A stretch of DNA of 64,000 nucleotides from NCBI GenBank assembly GCA_965221775.1, contig CBDCSU010000005.1:512001-576000 (forward strand). Reading direction: 5' to 3'. Of this stretch, positions 9,226 to 19,219 are shown piece after piece. The position numbers and the translations under genes were made by a program. How positions within the stretch are numbered: position 1 is the first letter of the stretch; each line of letters begins with the position of its first letter. This stretch comes from Candidatus Latescibacterota bacterium. GTDB taxonomy: Bacteria > Latescibacterota > UBA2968 > UBA8231. The notes under the pieces were generated by a model. The model saw only the letters and a program-made list of their open reading frames with translations, ran no database searches and was not told where the DNA came from.

Positions 9226-9914
9226 CGGCTGTCGACCTGGATCAGCTCGTCCCGCTCCAGGACCCAGGCGCTCAGCTTCCCCCCGTACACGCATCCCGAA
9301 TCCAGGCCCACGGCCCACGGGCGCCCGCCCTCCTCGGAGTCCCGCCGCTTGACCACGAGTCCGCCGGGCGCGTCGTGACCGAAGACGATCACGCGGCCGG
9401 GCGGGGGCTCGATGGCGTCGTGCCACCGCTGGCCGTCGAGGCCGCCCGTGGGAGGCCAGGTGCGGATGGCGAGGAACTCCTCACGCGTGGTTCCGTCGAG
9501 GCCCCGCTCCGGATGGATGCCGGCGTGGACCAGCAGAAAGCCCTCCCCCTCGATCGACAGCGGCGTCCGCTCCAGCCACGGCAGCAGCTCGTCGAGGACG
9601 GGCCGCAGGGCCTCGAAGGTGCGGCGGTGGTCCGGCCGCCCGAAGCGGACCTCGCCGCCGGCGCGGTGATCCCGCATCTGCGCCAGGAGGCGGTCGTCGT
9701 GGTTGCCGAGGACCATCTCCGCGCCGGTGCCGCGCAGGATCTCCCAGACCCGCACCGGGTCCGGGCCGCGGCTGAAGGCGTCCCCGGTGAGCAGGAGGCG
9801 GTGCGAGGACGGGGAGTACCCGACGCGCTGGAGCAGTTCCTCGAGCTCTGCGGCGCAGCCGTGGACGTCGCCTACAAAGAGGGTGTCCCGGCGGGGTTCA
9901 TGGGGGTGTCTCAT
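9195..9914 (-). CDS. Metallophosphoesterase (ApaH/PPP Ser-Thr phosphatase-like)
   Basis: GDVHGC, GDAFSRGP, GNHD, VHAG, FGH, LDSGCVYGGKLSA. Confidence 0.9.
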   Translation of the reverse strand: MRHPHEPRRDTLFVGDVHGCAAELEELLQRVGYSPSSHRLLLTGDAFSRGPDPVRVWEILRGTGAEMVLGNHDDRLLAQMRDHRAGGEVRFGRPDHRRTFEALRPVLDELLPWLERTPLSIEGEGFLLVHAGIHPERGLDGTTREEFLAIRTWPPTGGLDGQRWHDAIEPPPGRVIVFGHDAPGGLVVKRRDSEEGGRPWAVGLDSGCVYGGKLSAWVLERDELIQVDSRQDGESWRSG

Positions 9915-9972
9915 TCTCTTTGTTAATGTGGTGAACGGGCCGTACCATGGGAACCACCAAAGGAGGAGCGTC

Positions 9973-10887
9973 ATGCGCACCTGCCTCGCCTCCCTGCTGG
10001 CCCTGGCCGCGTTCCTGACCGCCCCTGGCGCCTACTCCCACGTGGGCGACGAGATCTATCCCTTCTTCGAGTTGCTCGACGAGGACCTGGACCTCATCGA
10101 CCTGACCGACGGCAGCGTCGACGACTGGCTCGAAGTCGTCGGCGAGCCCTCGCTGACGGCCGCCGACTTTTTCTGGGAATACGGCTACGACCCGGCGGAC
10201 GTGGACTTCCGCATCTGGCTCGCCTGGCACCAGGGCACCAGTACCCTCTGGATCGCCATGGATCGCTTCGATGATCTCTACTTCAATCTCTACGACGGGG
10301 ACGAGCCCTGGGACATACGACTCTGGGATTCCAGCATGCGCTTCGGAGTGGACGGCGACCACAGCGGTGGGCCATACAGCGCTTTCGGGGCGTGCAGGGA
10401 CTGCACGGACGAGGAGCTTCTGGAGGACAACCGTCAGGCGCAGGAGTGGATGGTGATCGCCGAGACGCCCAACGGCGAGCCCCTGATTCATCTCGGGGCC
10501 AGCGAGTGGGTGGCCAAGGAACCGTACGCCGCCGCGGGGGGCGGCGTCATCGGCCAGACCCCGGCGACCACGGTCACCGAGGTCAAGGTGACGCCCTTCG
10601 ACGACCTCATCTACAATGACGAGAACGCCTCCCAGACCTCCCAACTCTACCCTGGCAAGACCATCGGGTTCTTCATACTCACCACCGACAATGACGATAC
10701 CCACTACAAGGACGGCCACGGGCGGAAGACCCGGCTCTCCCTGACCGCCGACACGCGTGTGCTGGTCCACGCCGACTTCTTCGTCGACGGCCTGCTGATC
10801 GGCGCCGGAGAGGATCCATCCCTCTACGCCGACCGTTCCGCCGTGGAGCCGTCGTCCTGGGCGCGGATCAAGGCCGCCCTGGAGTAG
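9973..10887 (+). CDS. Secreted acidic CBM9/DOMON-like protein with C-terminal SWARIK tail (paralog 1)
   Basis: AGGAGG RBS, signal peptide (..GAYS|H), DGSVDDW, WDSS..DGDHSGG, GF...DND, ends AVEPSSWARIKAALE. Confidence 0.75.
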   Translation: MRTCLASLLALAAFLTAPGAYSHVGDEIYPFFELLDEDLDLIDLTDGSVDDWLEVVGEPSLTAADFFWEYGYDPADVDFRIWLAWHQGTSTLWIAMDRFDDLYFNLYDGDEPWDIRLWDSSMRFGVDGDHSGGPYSAFGACRDCTDEELLEDNRQAQEWMVIAETPNGEPLIHLGASEWVAKEPYAAAGGGVIGQTPATTVTEVKVTPFDDLIYNDENASQTSQLYPGKTIGFFILTTDNDDTHYKDGHGRKTRLSLTADTRVLVHADFFVDGLLIGAGEDPSLYADRSAVEPSSWARIKAALE

Positions 10888-10914
10888 CCTGTCGACCGGG
10901 CTGCTTGGATCACC

Positions 10915-11835
10915 ATGGTAACCCGCCTCCTCTGCCTGCTGACCCTCGCCGCGATCCTGGCCGCCCCCGCCGCCCACGCCCACGTGGGCGACGAGATCTA
11001 CCCCTTCTTCGAGCTGCTCGACGAGGATCTGGAGCGCATCGACCTGACCGACGGCAGCGTCGAGGACTGGCTCAAGGTCATCGGCGAGCCGTCGCTGACC
11101 GCCAGCGACTTCCTCTGGCTGAACAATCCATACGATCCATCGGAACTGGACTTCCGCATCTGGCTCGCCTGGCACCAGGGCAGCAGTACCCTCTGGATCG
11201 CCATGGAGCGTTTCGATGATCTCTACTACAACCTCTACGACGCCGACAAGCCTTGGGAGATGCAGCTCTGGGACTCCAGCCTCCGCTTCAAGGTCGACGG
11301 CGACCACACCGGCGGGGAGTACAGCTACTTTCTCGGTTGGAACTGCGCGGAGTGCACGCCCGAGCAAGTCCTGGAGGACAACCGTCAGGCGCAGGAGTGG
11401 ATGGCGATCGCCGCGACGCCCGACGGCGAGCATCTGTACCATGTCGGGGCCAGCGAGTGGGTGGCTGCGGAGCCGTACGCCGCAGCGGGCGGCGGCGTCA
11501 TCGGCCAGAGCCCGGCGACCTCGGTCACCGAGCTCAAGGTGACCGCCTTCGACGACCTCATCTACGACGACGAGGACGCCTCCGAAGCCTCGCAGCTCCG
11601 CCCCGGCAAGACCATCGGGTTCTCCATATCCACTTCCGACAATGACGACACCGGATACGACGACGGGTACGGGCGGACAATCGAGCTGTCGCTCTCCGCC
11701 AGCGTGAATGCGATAGTCAACGCCGATCTCCTGGTCGACGGCCTGCTCATCGGCGCCGGGGAGGATCCTTCCCTTTACGACGACGTTTCCGCCGTAGAAC
11801 CCTCCTCCTGGGCGCGCATCAAGGCGAGCTTCTGA
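10915..11835 (+). CDS. Secreted acidic CBM9/DOMON-like protein with C-terminal SWARIK tail (paralog 2, tandem duplicate)
   Basis: Signal peptide (AHA|H); long near-identical blocks with paralog 1; ends AVEPSSWARIKASF. Confidence 0.75.
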   Translation: MVTRLLCLLTLAAILAAPAAHAHVGDEIYPFFELLDEDLERIDLTDGSVEDWLKVIGEPSLTASDFLWLNNPYDPSELDFRIWLAWHQGSSTLWIAMERFDDLYYNLYDADKPWEMQLWDSSLRFKVDGDHTGGEYSYFLGWNCAECTPEQVLEDNRQAQEWMAIAATPDGEHLYHVGASEWVAAEPYAAAGGGVIGQSPATSVTELKVTAFDDLIYDDEDASEASQLRPGKTIGFSISTSDNDDTGYDDGYGRTIELSLSASVNAIVNADLLVDGLLIGAGEDPSLYDDVSAVEPSSWARIKASF

Positions 11836-11836
11836 C

Positions 11837-13321
11837 ATGCTCTTCATCGACGATCACCACATCCACTCCTGCCGCGGGGTCCGCCGGCGCTTCCACCGGC
11901 TGGACAAGCACCCGGACAACCCGGTGAAGGTCTTCGCCGATCCGTGGGGCTCGACGCTGGCCAACCACGGCGGCTTCGAGATCGACCCGGCCACGGGCGA
12001 GTTCGTCCTCTGGTACTCCACGCGGCCCCTCGATCCGGAAGGCGTCACCGACGCCCGCTTCATCTGCCAGGCCCGCTCCGGCGACGGGGTCCACTGGGAG
12101 ACGCCGCCCCTGGGGCTGTTCGAGTTCCGGGGCAGCCGCGACAACAACATCTGCGTCGTCAACTACCCGTACTCCGGCGTCTATCCCGGCCCCCACGAAC
12201 TGAGCGGGCCCTGCATCGCCCGCGACCCCCTCGACCCGGACCCGTCGGCGCGCTACAAGATGGCCCTGTGGCGCTACAACCGGGACCACGACCCGGAGAC
12301 GGGGAAGCGGCTCTACGAGTCGAAGGACACGCCGTACCCGACGGGCCTCTACACCAGCGCCTCCCCCGACGGCATCCACTGGCCGGCGCGCGAGCGTCTC
12401 GTGCACACCCACGCCGACGGCTTCGGCGACACCTACACCTGGATGCTGGATTCCCTGCGCGGCGGCTACCGCCTCTTCGGCAAGCGCCTCTACTGGGACA
12501 ACCGCTGGGCCAGCGGCAAGGTGCGCGGCGGCGAGCCCGGCACCTGGGTGCGCCTGCGCCACACCTGCTGGAGCCCCGACTTCGCCTCGTGGTCGCCCCA
12601 CGTGCCGATCCTGCCCATCGACGGGCACGACCGGCCCCGGGACCAGGTCTACATGAACAACGGCTTCGTGTACGACGACATGTACGTCGGCTTCGCGCAG
12701 ATCCTCCACGCCCTCGACGACTGGTCCATGGACCTCGACCTGGCCTGCTCCCGCGACGGCGAGGAGTGGCTGCGGCCCCCCGAGGCGCGGTGCATCATCC
12801 CGCGGGGCGAGGGCACGGCGTGGGACAGCGGCCGCATGGCGATCTTCCCCTCGGCACCGGTGCTGCGCGAGGGGCGGCTCCACTTCTACTACACCTCCGC
12901 CGCCCAGTACCACTCCCCGGCTCCGAAGCGCGAGATGCCGCCCGGCATCGAGAAACCCCCCGGCCTGTGCCTGGCGACGCTGCGCCAGGACGGGTTCGCC
13001 GGGATGCGCGCCGAGGGCGAGGGCGGGCTCATCCGCACGCGGCCCCTGCGCATCGACCATCCCGACCTGCTGGTGAACGTCGACGCCGGCGAAGGCGGAT
13101 CCTGCCGCGTGGGTCTCCTCGACGAGGGCGGCGCCCCCCTGGCCGGGTACGGACCGGACGACATGGAGCCGATCCGCGGAGACCACCTCGCACACCCTCT
13201 GCGCTGGCGCGACCTCGACTCGGCGGCCGGCCTCCACGGCCGCTGGATCACCCTGGAGATCGAGCTGCAGGGCGCCGAGCTGTTCGCCGTCCACAACCGC
13301 AACGCCGCGCCTCGGGGCTGA
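11837..13321 (+). CDS. Five-bladed beta-propeller glycoside-hydrolase-like protein (GH32/43/130-like)
   Basis: LFIDDH, ARSGDGVHWETPPLG, SPDGIHW, SRDGEEW, WDSG, LATLRQDGF motifs. Confidence 0.7.
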   Translation: MLFIDDHHIHSCRGVRRRFHRLDKHPDNPVKVFADPWGSTLANHGGFEIDPATGEFVLWYSTRPLDPEGVTDARFICQARSGDGVHWETPPLGLFEFRGSRDNNICVVNYPYSGVYPGPHELSGPCIARDPLDPDPSARYKMALWRYNRDHDPETGKRLYESKDTPYPTGLYTSASPDGIHWPARERLVHTHADGFGDTYTWMLDSLRGGYRLFGKRLYWDNRWASGKVRGGEPGTWVRLRHTCWSPDFASWSPHVPILPIDGHDRPRDQVYMNNGFVYDDMYVGFAQILHALDDWSMDLDLACSRDGEEWLRPPEARCIIPRGEGTAWDSGRMAIFPSAPVLREGRLHFYYTSAAQYHSPAPKREMPPGIEKPPGLCLATLRQDGFAGMRAEGEGGLIRTRPLRIDHPDLLVNVDAGEGGSCRVGLLDEGGAPLAGYGPDDMEPIRGDHLAHPLRWRDLDSAAGLHGRWITLEIELQGAELFAVHNRNAAPRG

Positions 13322-13504
13322 GGCCCCGGGGCGAACAGTGCTCCCGGTCCACAACCGCAGCGCAGGGCGCGCAGCCTGAGCCCCGGAAGTCGAGCCGGCC
13401 GCCACAGCCCGCGGCCGGTCGAGTCCGCACCCCTGTCCGCTTCAGACCCACGGCCTTTGCGGGCGGGGGTTCCACCATCCGCCCCATCCCTTAGTTTCCC
13501 ACTC

Positions 13505-15448
13505 ATGCTCTCGGTTTCGAACCTCGCCAAGGTCTACGGCGACCGCACCCTCTTCGCCGATGTCTCCCTCATGCTCAACGCCGGGGAGCGCTACGGCCTC
13601 GTCGGCGCCAACGGTTCCGGCAAGACGACGCTGCTCAACATCCTCGCCGGTGAGTTGGAGCCCAGCGACGGCGAGGTCAGCCTGCCCAAGCGGGCCCGCG
13701 TCGGCGTGCTGCGCCAGGACCAGTTCCTCTACGAGGAGCACTCGATCCTCAACGTGACCCTCATGGGCCACCGCGAGTTGTGGCAGGTCCTGACCGAGAA
13801 GGAGGCCCTGCTGGCGAAGGCCGGGGAGAGCTTCGACGCCGACCGCTTCGCCGAGCTCGAGGCCCGGACCGAGCGCCTCGACGGCTACACCGCCGAGGCC
13901 CGGGCGGCGACCATCCTCGAGGGGCTCGGCCTGCCGGCGCGGGTGCACCACGATCCCCTGTCGACGCTCTCGGGCGGCTTCAGGCTGCGCGTGCTGCTGG
14001 CGCAGGTGCTGGCCGGCGACCCCGACGCCCTGCTCCTGGACGAGCCGACCAACCACCTGGACATCCTCGCCATCCGCTGGCTGGAGACCTGGCTGCGCGA
14101 CTTCCCGGGGATGCTGGTGGTGATCTCCCACGACCACCGGTTCCTCGACAACGTGGCGACCCGCATCCTCGACGTCGACTACGAGACGGTGCAGCTCTAC
14201 ACCGGGGACTACACCGCCTTCCTGAAGGCCAAGGTGGGAGAGCGCGAGCGGCGGGAGAAGGAGATCGCCAAACGCGAGCGCGAGATCGCCCACCACCAGC
14301 AGTTCGTCGAGCGTTTCCGCGCCAAGGCGACGAAGGCGCGCCAGGCGGTGAGCAAGCAGCGGATGATCAACCGGATCGCCGAGGGCATGGAGGAGCTGCC
14401 CGTCAGTTCGCGGCGCTACCCCACCTTCAAGCTCGCCCAGCGGCGCGACAGCGGCCGCCAGGTGCTGACCGTGAAGGGCGTGCAGAAGGCCTTCGACGAC
14501 AACGAGGTCCTCCACGGCGTCGACCTCTCCGTGCAGCGCGGCGACCGGCTGGCGATCATGGGGGCCAACGGCATCGGCAAGTCGACGCTGCTGAAGATCG
14601 TCATGGGCGAGCTGGAGGCCGACGCCGGCACCGTGGAGTGGGGCTACGAGACCCACCCCGGCTACTTCGCCCAGGACCACCGCGAGCGCTTCGAGCCGGA
14701 GATCACCGCCGAGGCCTGGGCCTGGGAGACCTCCCCGGACCAGTCGATCAGCTTCGTGCGCGGCCACCTGGGTCTGGTGCTGTTCTCCGGAGACGACGTG
14801 GAGAAGCGCCTCCACGACCTCTCCGGCGGCGAGGCGACGCGCCTCGTGTTCTGCCGCCTGGCCATGGAGCGGCCCAACGTCCTCGTCCTCGACGAGCCAA
14901 CGAACCACCTCGACCTGGAGTCGATCCACGCCCTCGTCGACGGGCTGCAGTCCTTCGCGGGCACGATCGTCCTCGTCTCCCACGACCGCTGGCTCGTCAG
15001 CCGGCTGGCGACCCGCATCGTCGAGATCCGTGAAGACGAGATCCGCGACTTCCACGGCAGCTACGAGGAGTACGTGAGCTACTGCGGCGACGACCATCTC
15101 GACGCCGACGAGGTGGTCCTGAGGGCGCGCGCCGAGCGCCGGCGCAAGGCGGAAGCCGGCCCCGGCGGCAACGGCCGGCAACGGTCACGCAAGGCGGCCG
15201 GCGAGGGGCGGGGCCAGCGGCAGGCCGAGCGCCGGGAGGAGGAGCTGGCGGGCCTGCTGGAGCGCGTCGAGACGGCCGAGTCCCGCCTCGGCGAGATCGA
15301 CGCCGCCTTCTGCGAGCCCGGCTTCTTCGGCCGCACCCCGGCCGGGGAGGTGCGTCAGCTGCGGGACGAGCGCTCCCGCCTGGAGAGCCGCGTCGCCGAC
15401 CTCACGGCGCGCTGGGAGAAGCTGGCGGGCGAGTCCGAAGCCGGCTGA
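13505..15448 (+). CDS. ABC-F family ATP-binding protein (YbiT/Uup-like)
   Basis: Two ABC cassettes (GANGSGKT, LSGG, LLLDEPTNHLD; GANGIGKS, LDEPTNHLD), no TM segments, C-terminal coiled coil. Confidence 0.93.
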   Translation: MLSVSNLAKVYGDRTLFADVSLMLNAGERYGLVGANGSGKTTLLNILAGELEPSDGEVSLPKRARVGVLRQDQFLYEEHSILNVTLMGHRELWQVLTEKEALLAKAGESFDADRFAELEARTERLDGYTAEARAATILEGLGLPARVHHDPLSTLSGGFRLRVLLAQVLAGDPDALLLDEPTNHLDILAIRWLETWLRDFPGMLVVISHDHRFLDNVATRILDVDYETVQLYTGDYTAFLKAKVGERERREKEIAKREREIAHHQQFVERFRAKATKARQAVSKQRMINRIAEGMEELPVSSRRYPTFKLAQRRDSGRQVLTVKGVQKAFDDNEVLHGVDLSVQRGDRLAIMGANGIGKSTLLKIVMGELEADAGTVEWGYETHPGYFAQDHRERFEPEITAEAWAWETSPDQSISFVRGHLGLVLFSGDDVEKRLHDLSGGEATRLVFCRLAMERPNVLVLDEPTNHLDLESIHALVDGLQSFAGTIVLVSHDRWLVSRLATRIVEIREDEIRDFHGSYEEYVSYCGDDHLDADEVVLRARAERRRKAEAGPGGNGRQRSRKAAGEGRGQRQAERREEELAGLLERVETAESRLGEIDAAFCEPGFFGRTPAGEVRQLRDERSRLESRVADLTARWEKLAGESEAG

Positions 15449-15464
15449 GCGGACCGCTCCGGCG

Positions 15465-17756
15465 CTAAGGCGGCGGCGCGCCGGGTTCCGCAGCGTAGAG
15501 GAAGGGCCGCCGCCAGATCCCGCCCATGTGATGCTCGTTGTGCACCCGCAGGGCCAGGGTGCGGGTGCCGGGTGCGAGCCGGCCGCCGAGGTCCACATCC
15601 CAGTCGAAGCGGTAGTCGTTGTGCCAGTACATGGGGCGCCAGTCCCGGTAGGCGGCCAGGTAGCCGTCGACGTAGAGCCAGGCCTTGCCGAAGAGGCCGG
15701 GAAAGTGGACGCGGAGATCGCGCTCCGCGTCGGCGGCGCTCACCTCGACCTCGGTGCGGTACCAGACGAAGCCGTTGTACTCGCCTCCGCCGGGGCCTTC
15801 CACCCCCTGGGCCTCCATGTAGAGATCGGTGCGCAGCGGCCGCCAGTCCGCCAGGTCCAGCTCCGGCCGGCCCCAGGCCTGGTGCAGGCCGGCGTCGTGG
15901 GGATCGGTGCGGAAGCTCCAGGTCAGGGGAAGCTTCTCCACCATTCGGCCGGCGGGACCGTCGGTCAGGGCGAGAAGCTCCCGGTACTGCTGCACCTCCC
16001 CCGGCCACCAGGCGTCGCCCTTCTCCAGGCGGGTGGTGGTGAAGGTGGGGCTCATGCGGGTCAGGGAGTCGCGCCAGGCCAGGCCGCGCTCGCCGGCGCG
16101 CACGGCGGCGCCGTAGTCGGCCGCGGTCGCGGCTTGATCGACCATCTCCACGTAGGCCCGCAGGACGCCGTACCCGGCCTCGACGAAGCGCACCCGGCGC
16201 AGGTAGAGGTCCTCCGCGGGCCGGCCGGCGACCAGGGCCCCGGCCGACTCGACCAGCGGCGCCAGGCCGCGCACCAGCTCCGGCGTGTAGACCATGGGGG
16301 CGAGCCAGAACTCGTGCTCGTGGGAGAGGGTGCGCTCCCAGGCCTGCTGGATCGCCTCCCAGTAGGCGCGCATGGGGGCGGACGCCGGCCCCCAGAACCC
16401 GGCGTGGAACTCCTCCATCTCGGCCTCCACGTCGGCGTCGGGGTCCCAGTAGAGCAGGCCCCGCAGGTAGAGGTTGAGGAAGGTGGTGGCCAGCGCCCCC
16501 CGGCTCTCGGTGTCGACGCCGAGGATGCCGGCGTCGCGGTAGTGACGGACATCCCGGCGGACGGCCTGCACCGAGGGATTGGGGATGTCGCGCCAGACCA
16601 GCATGCCCTGGTCGTAGTCGTAGATGATGAGGCGGCCCTGCATCGTCTCGGCCCAGCGGTACATGACGTCGCGGTACTCCTGGCGGGGCGGACAGCGGGG
16701 GTCGTCCATGCCGTGGATGGGGCAGACGTCGATCGGCGCCAGGTAGGCCACCAGGGGCTCGGCGGCGGCGATGCGGCGCTGGGGCGGCAGGGTGATGTTG
16801 GAGTAGGCGAGGAAGCCGATGCGCCGGCCCGGGAAGCGGGCGTGGGTCAGCTCGGCGACGCCGTTGTAGAGGGCCATGAAGGGATCGGTGAGGGCCGGGG
16901 ACATGAAGTTCTTGTCCCACAGGCCGGCGGCCAGCGCCGCGTCGGAGGCGCAGGCGAGGTCGTAGAGCCCGTCGTCCATGCCCAGGGAGACGGCCGCGGC
17001 GCCCTCGGAAAAGCGCTCCATCACCTGGTCGGCCACGTGGCGGATGGTGGCCGGGTCGGAGAGGCAGATCGACTGGGCCGAGCCGCCGGCGCCGGGCAGG
17101 TCGTCCACGTAGTGGCCGAGGGCGTGGCCGGCGGGCACCGACAGGTCGTTCATCCGGTTGCGGCGCATGAACTCCTCCCGGCCGCTGTTGTCGCCGATCC
17201 AGGAGAGCCAGTAGCGCCGCACCTCGAAGGGCGGAGCCCAGGCCGCGTCGAGGCGGTCCACGGTGAGCGTCTCCTTTCGGGGGATGCTGGCGCCGAAATC
17301 GGTGGGCAGGTACCAGCGGCAGCCCCAGTGCCGCAGCAGTTCCACCGCGGCGTAGTAGTGGGACTCGTCGTTGCTGCCGGCCAGGTAGACCCGCTCCCCC
17401 CGGCGCAGCGCCACGATGGCGTCCCCGCGCAGGACGGGGTCGGGCTTCTGCAGCGCCGCCAGGCGCGGTCCCAGGGAGAGATCGGCCTCGAGGGCGGCCC
17501 GGCCTACCAGCAGCAGGGGGGTGGGTTCAGCCAGGGCCTGCCGGAGCTGGGCGGGGTCCTCGACGAGGGGCAGCCGCGCCCCGCTCATCTCCTCGATGTA
17601 GCGCACGAGGTCCTCGGCGGCGCGCCGTTCCCACTCCCCCGCCTCGGGGTGCACGCCGACGCGGGCCCGGCCGTTTCCCTCCTCGACCACGACGAGGGGG
17701 TCGGCCGCCAGGGCCGGGGCGAGCCACAGCAGGCACAGGGCCGGTGCGTATCGCAT
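15465..17756 (-). CDS. Secreted DUF4838-like protein with C-terminal GH2-type sugar-binding jelly roll
   Basis: Signal peptide; WGCRWYLP, FLAYSN, LYWDPDAD; C-terminal WSFRTDP, YNGFVWYR, GGIWR. Confidence 0.7.
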   Translation of the reverse strand: MRYAPALCLLWLAPALAADPLVVVEEGNGRARVGVHPEAGEWERRAAEDLVRYIEEMSGARLPLVEDPAQLRQALAEPTPLLLVGRAALEADLSLGPRLAALQKPDPVLRGDAIVALRRGERVYLAGSNDESHYYAAVELLRHWGCRWYLPTDFGASIPRKETLTVDRLDAAWAPPFEVRRYWLSWIGDNSGREEFMRRNRMNDLSVPAGHALGHYVDDLPGAGGSAQSICLSDPATIRHVADQVMERFSEGAAAVSLGMDDGLYDLACASDAALAAGLWDKNFMSPALTDPFMALYNGVAELTHARFPGRRIGFLAYSNITLPPQRRIAAAEPLVAYLAPIDVCPIHGMDDPRCPPRQEYRDVMYRWAETMQGRLIIYDYDQGMLVWRDIPNPSVQAVRRDVRHYRDAGILGVDTESRGALATTFLNLYLRGLLYWDPDADVEAEMEEFHAGFWGPASAPMRAYWEAIQQAWERTLSHEHEFWLAPMVYTPELVRGLAPLVESAGALVAGRPAEDLYLRRVRFVEAGYGVLRAYVEMVDQAATAADYGAAVRAGERGLAWRDSLTRMSPTFTTTRLEKGDAWWPGEVQQYRELLALTDGPAGRMVEKLPLTWSFRTDPHDAGLHQAWGRPELDLADWRPLRTDLYMEAQGVEGPGGGEYNGFVWYRTEVEVSAADAERDLRVHFPGLFGKAWLYVDGYLAAYRDWRPMYWHNDYRFDWDVDLGGRLAPGTRTLALRVHNEHHMGGIWRRPFLYAAEPGAPPP

Positions 17757-17800
17757 TCCATCTCCTCCTCAAAAGGCCCCCGCCGCGGCGCCGCCCGGCG

Positions 17801-17829
17801 TTGATCCTCCGGCGGGCAAGGGCTATCCT
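17801..17829 (+). promoter_or_regulatory. Sigma-70-type promoter of sulfatase maturase gene
   Basis: TTGATC-N17-TATCCT. Confidence 0.45.
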
Positions 17830-17865
17830 AGCGCCGCCCTCTCGCCCCCCTCGACCGCCTTCCCG

Positions 17866-19203
17866 ATGACGCAATCACCGACGCTCACCGCTCCATCGGC
17901 CTGCCACGTCATGGCCAAGCCTTCGGGCTCGGTCTGCAACATCGACTGCTCGTACTGCTTCTACCTCGAGAAAGAGAAGCTCTACCCCGACGCCGGCCGC
18001 AACTGGCGCATGAGCGACGAGGTGATGGAGCTGTACGTGAAGCAGTACATCGAGGCCCAGGACGTGCCGGCCGTGAACTTCGCCTGGCAGGGCGGCGAGC
18101 CGACGCTGCTGGGGGTCGACTTCTTCCGCCGCGCCGTGGAACTGCAGAAGCGCTACGCCGGCGGCAAGGAGGTGACCAACGCCTTCCAGACCAACGGCAT
18201 CCTCCTCGACGACGAGTGGGGCGAGTTCCTGGCGCGCGAGAAATTCCTCGTGGGCCTCTCCATCGACGGGCCGCGGGAGCTCCACGACCGCTACCGCGTC
18301 GACAAGGGGCAGAAGCCGACCTTCGACCGCGTCATCGCCGGCCTGGAGGTGCTCAAGAAACACGGCGCCGAGTTCAACACCCTCACGGTCCTGCAGAACC
18401 ACAACGCCGACCACCCCCTCGAGGTCTACCGCTTCCTCAAGGAGATCGGCTCCGGGTTCATGCAGTTCATCCCCATCGTCGAGCGCCTCACCGGCGACCC
18501 GGACGAGACCGGCCTGGAGCTGGTGGCGCCGGAGTTCGAGGGCCGCGCGGCGGTCACCCGCTGGTCGGTGGGGCCGGCCCAGTACGGCCGCTTCCTGTGC
18601 GCCGTCTTCGACGAGTGGGTGCGCCGCGACGTGGGCCGCTTCTTCGTGCAGATCTTCGACGTCTCCCTCGGCAGCTGGCTGGGGCAGGACGCCTCCCTGT
18701 GCATCTTCGCCGAGACCTGCGGCAACGCCCTCGTCATCGAGCACAACGGCGACCTCTACTCCTGCGACCACTTCGTCTACCCCGAGTACAACCTCGGCAA
18801 CGTGCGCGAGCAGACGATCCGCGACATGGTCGCCAGCCCCGAGCAGCGCCGCTTCGGGCAGGACAAGGCCGACGGCCTGCCGCGCTACTGCCTCGAGTGC
18901 GACTACCGCTTCGCCTGCAACGGCGGCTGCCCCAAGCAGCGCTTCGAGCGCACCCCCCACGGCGAGGGCGGGCTCAACTACCTGTGCCGCGGCTACAAGA
19001 TCTACTTCGGCCACGTCGACCCGTACATGCGGGTCATGGCCGACCTTGTGCGCCGCGGACAGCCGGCGGCGGGAATCATGGAGTGGGTACGTCAGCGGGA
19101 CTCGGCGCGGGCGGCGCCGGCACCGCCGAAGCGCAACGATCCGTGTCCGTGTGGGAGCGGACGCAAGTACAAGCGCTGCTGCGGCAACGCCGCGGCCGCA
19201 TAA
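17866..19203 (+). CDS. Anaerobic sulfatase maturase (radical SAM/SPASM) with C-terminal SEC-C motif
   Basis: KPSGSVCNIDCSYCFYL, WQGGEPTL, GDLYSCDHFV, CxxCxxxxxCxGGC, RNDPCPCGSGRKYKRCC. Confidence 0.95.
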   Translation: MTQSPTLTAPSACHVMAKPSGSVCNIDCSYCFYLEKEKLYPDAGRNWRMSDEVMELYVKQYIEAQDVPAVNFAWQGGEPTLLGVDFFRRAVELQKRYAGGKEVTNAFQTNGILLDDEWGEFLAREKFLVGLSIDGPRELHDRYRVDKGQKPTFDRVIAGLEVLKKHGAEFNTLTVLQNHNADHPLEVYRFLKEIGSGFMQFIPIVERLTGDPDETGLELVAPEFEGRAAVTRWSVGPAQYGRFLCAVFDEWVRRDVGRFFVQIFDVSLGSWLGQDASLCIFAETCGNALVIEHNGDLYSCDHFVYPEYNLGNVREQTIRDMVASPEQRRFGQDKADGLPRYCLECDYRFACNGGCPKQRFERTPHGEGGLNYLCRGYKIYFGHVDPYMRVMADLVRRGQPAAGIMEWVRQRDSARAAPAPPKRNDPCPCGSGRKYKRCCGNAAAA

Positions 19204-19219
19204 CCAGGACGGGAGCAGG

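Noticed and set aside
9973-11835. Diversity-generating retroelement (TR/VR pair)
   Set aside because: Both copies are full ORFs, differences are not adenine-specific, and no reverse transcriptase is in the window.
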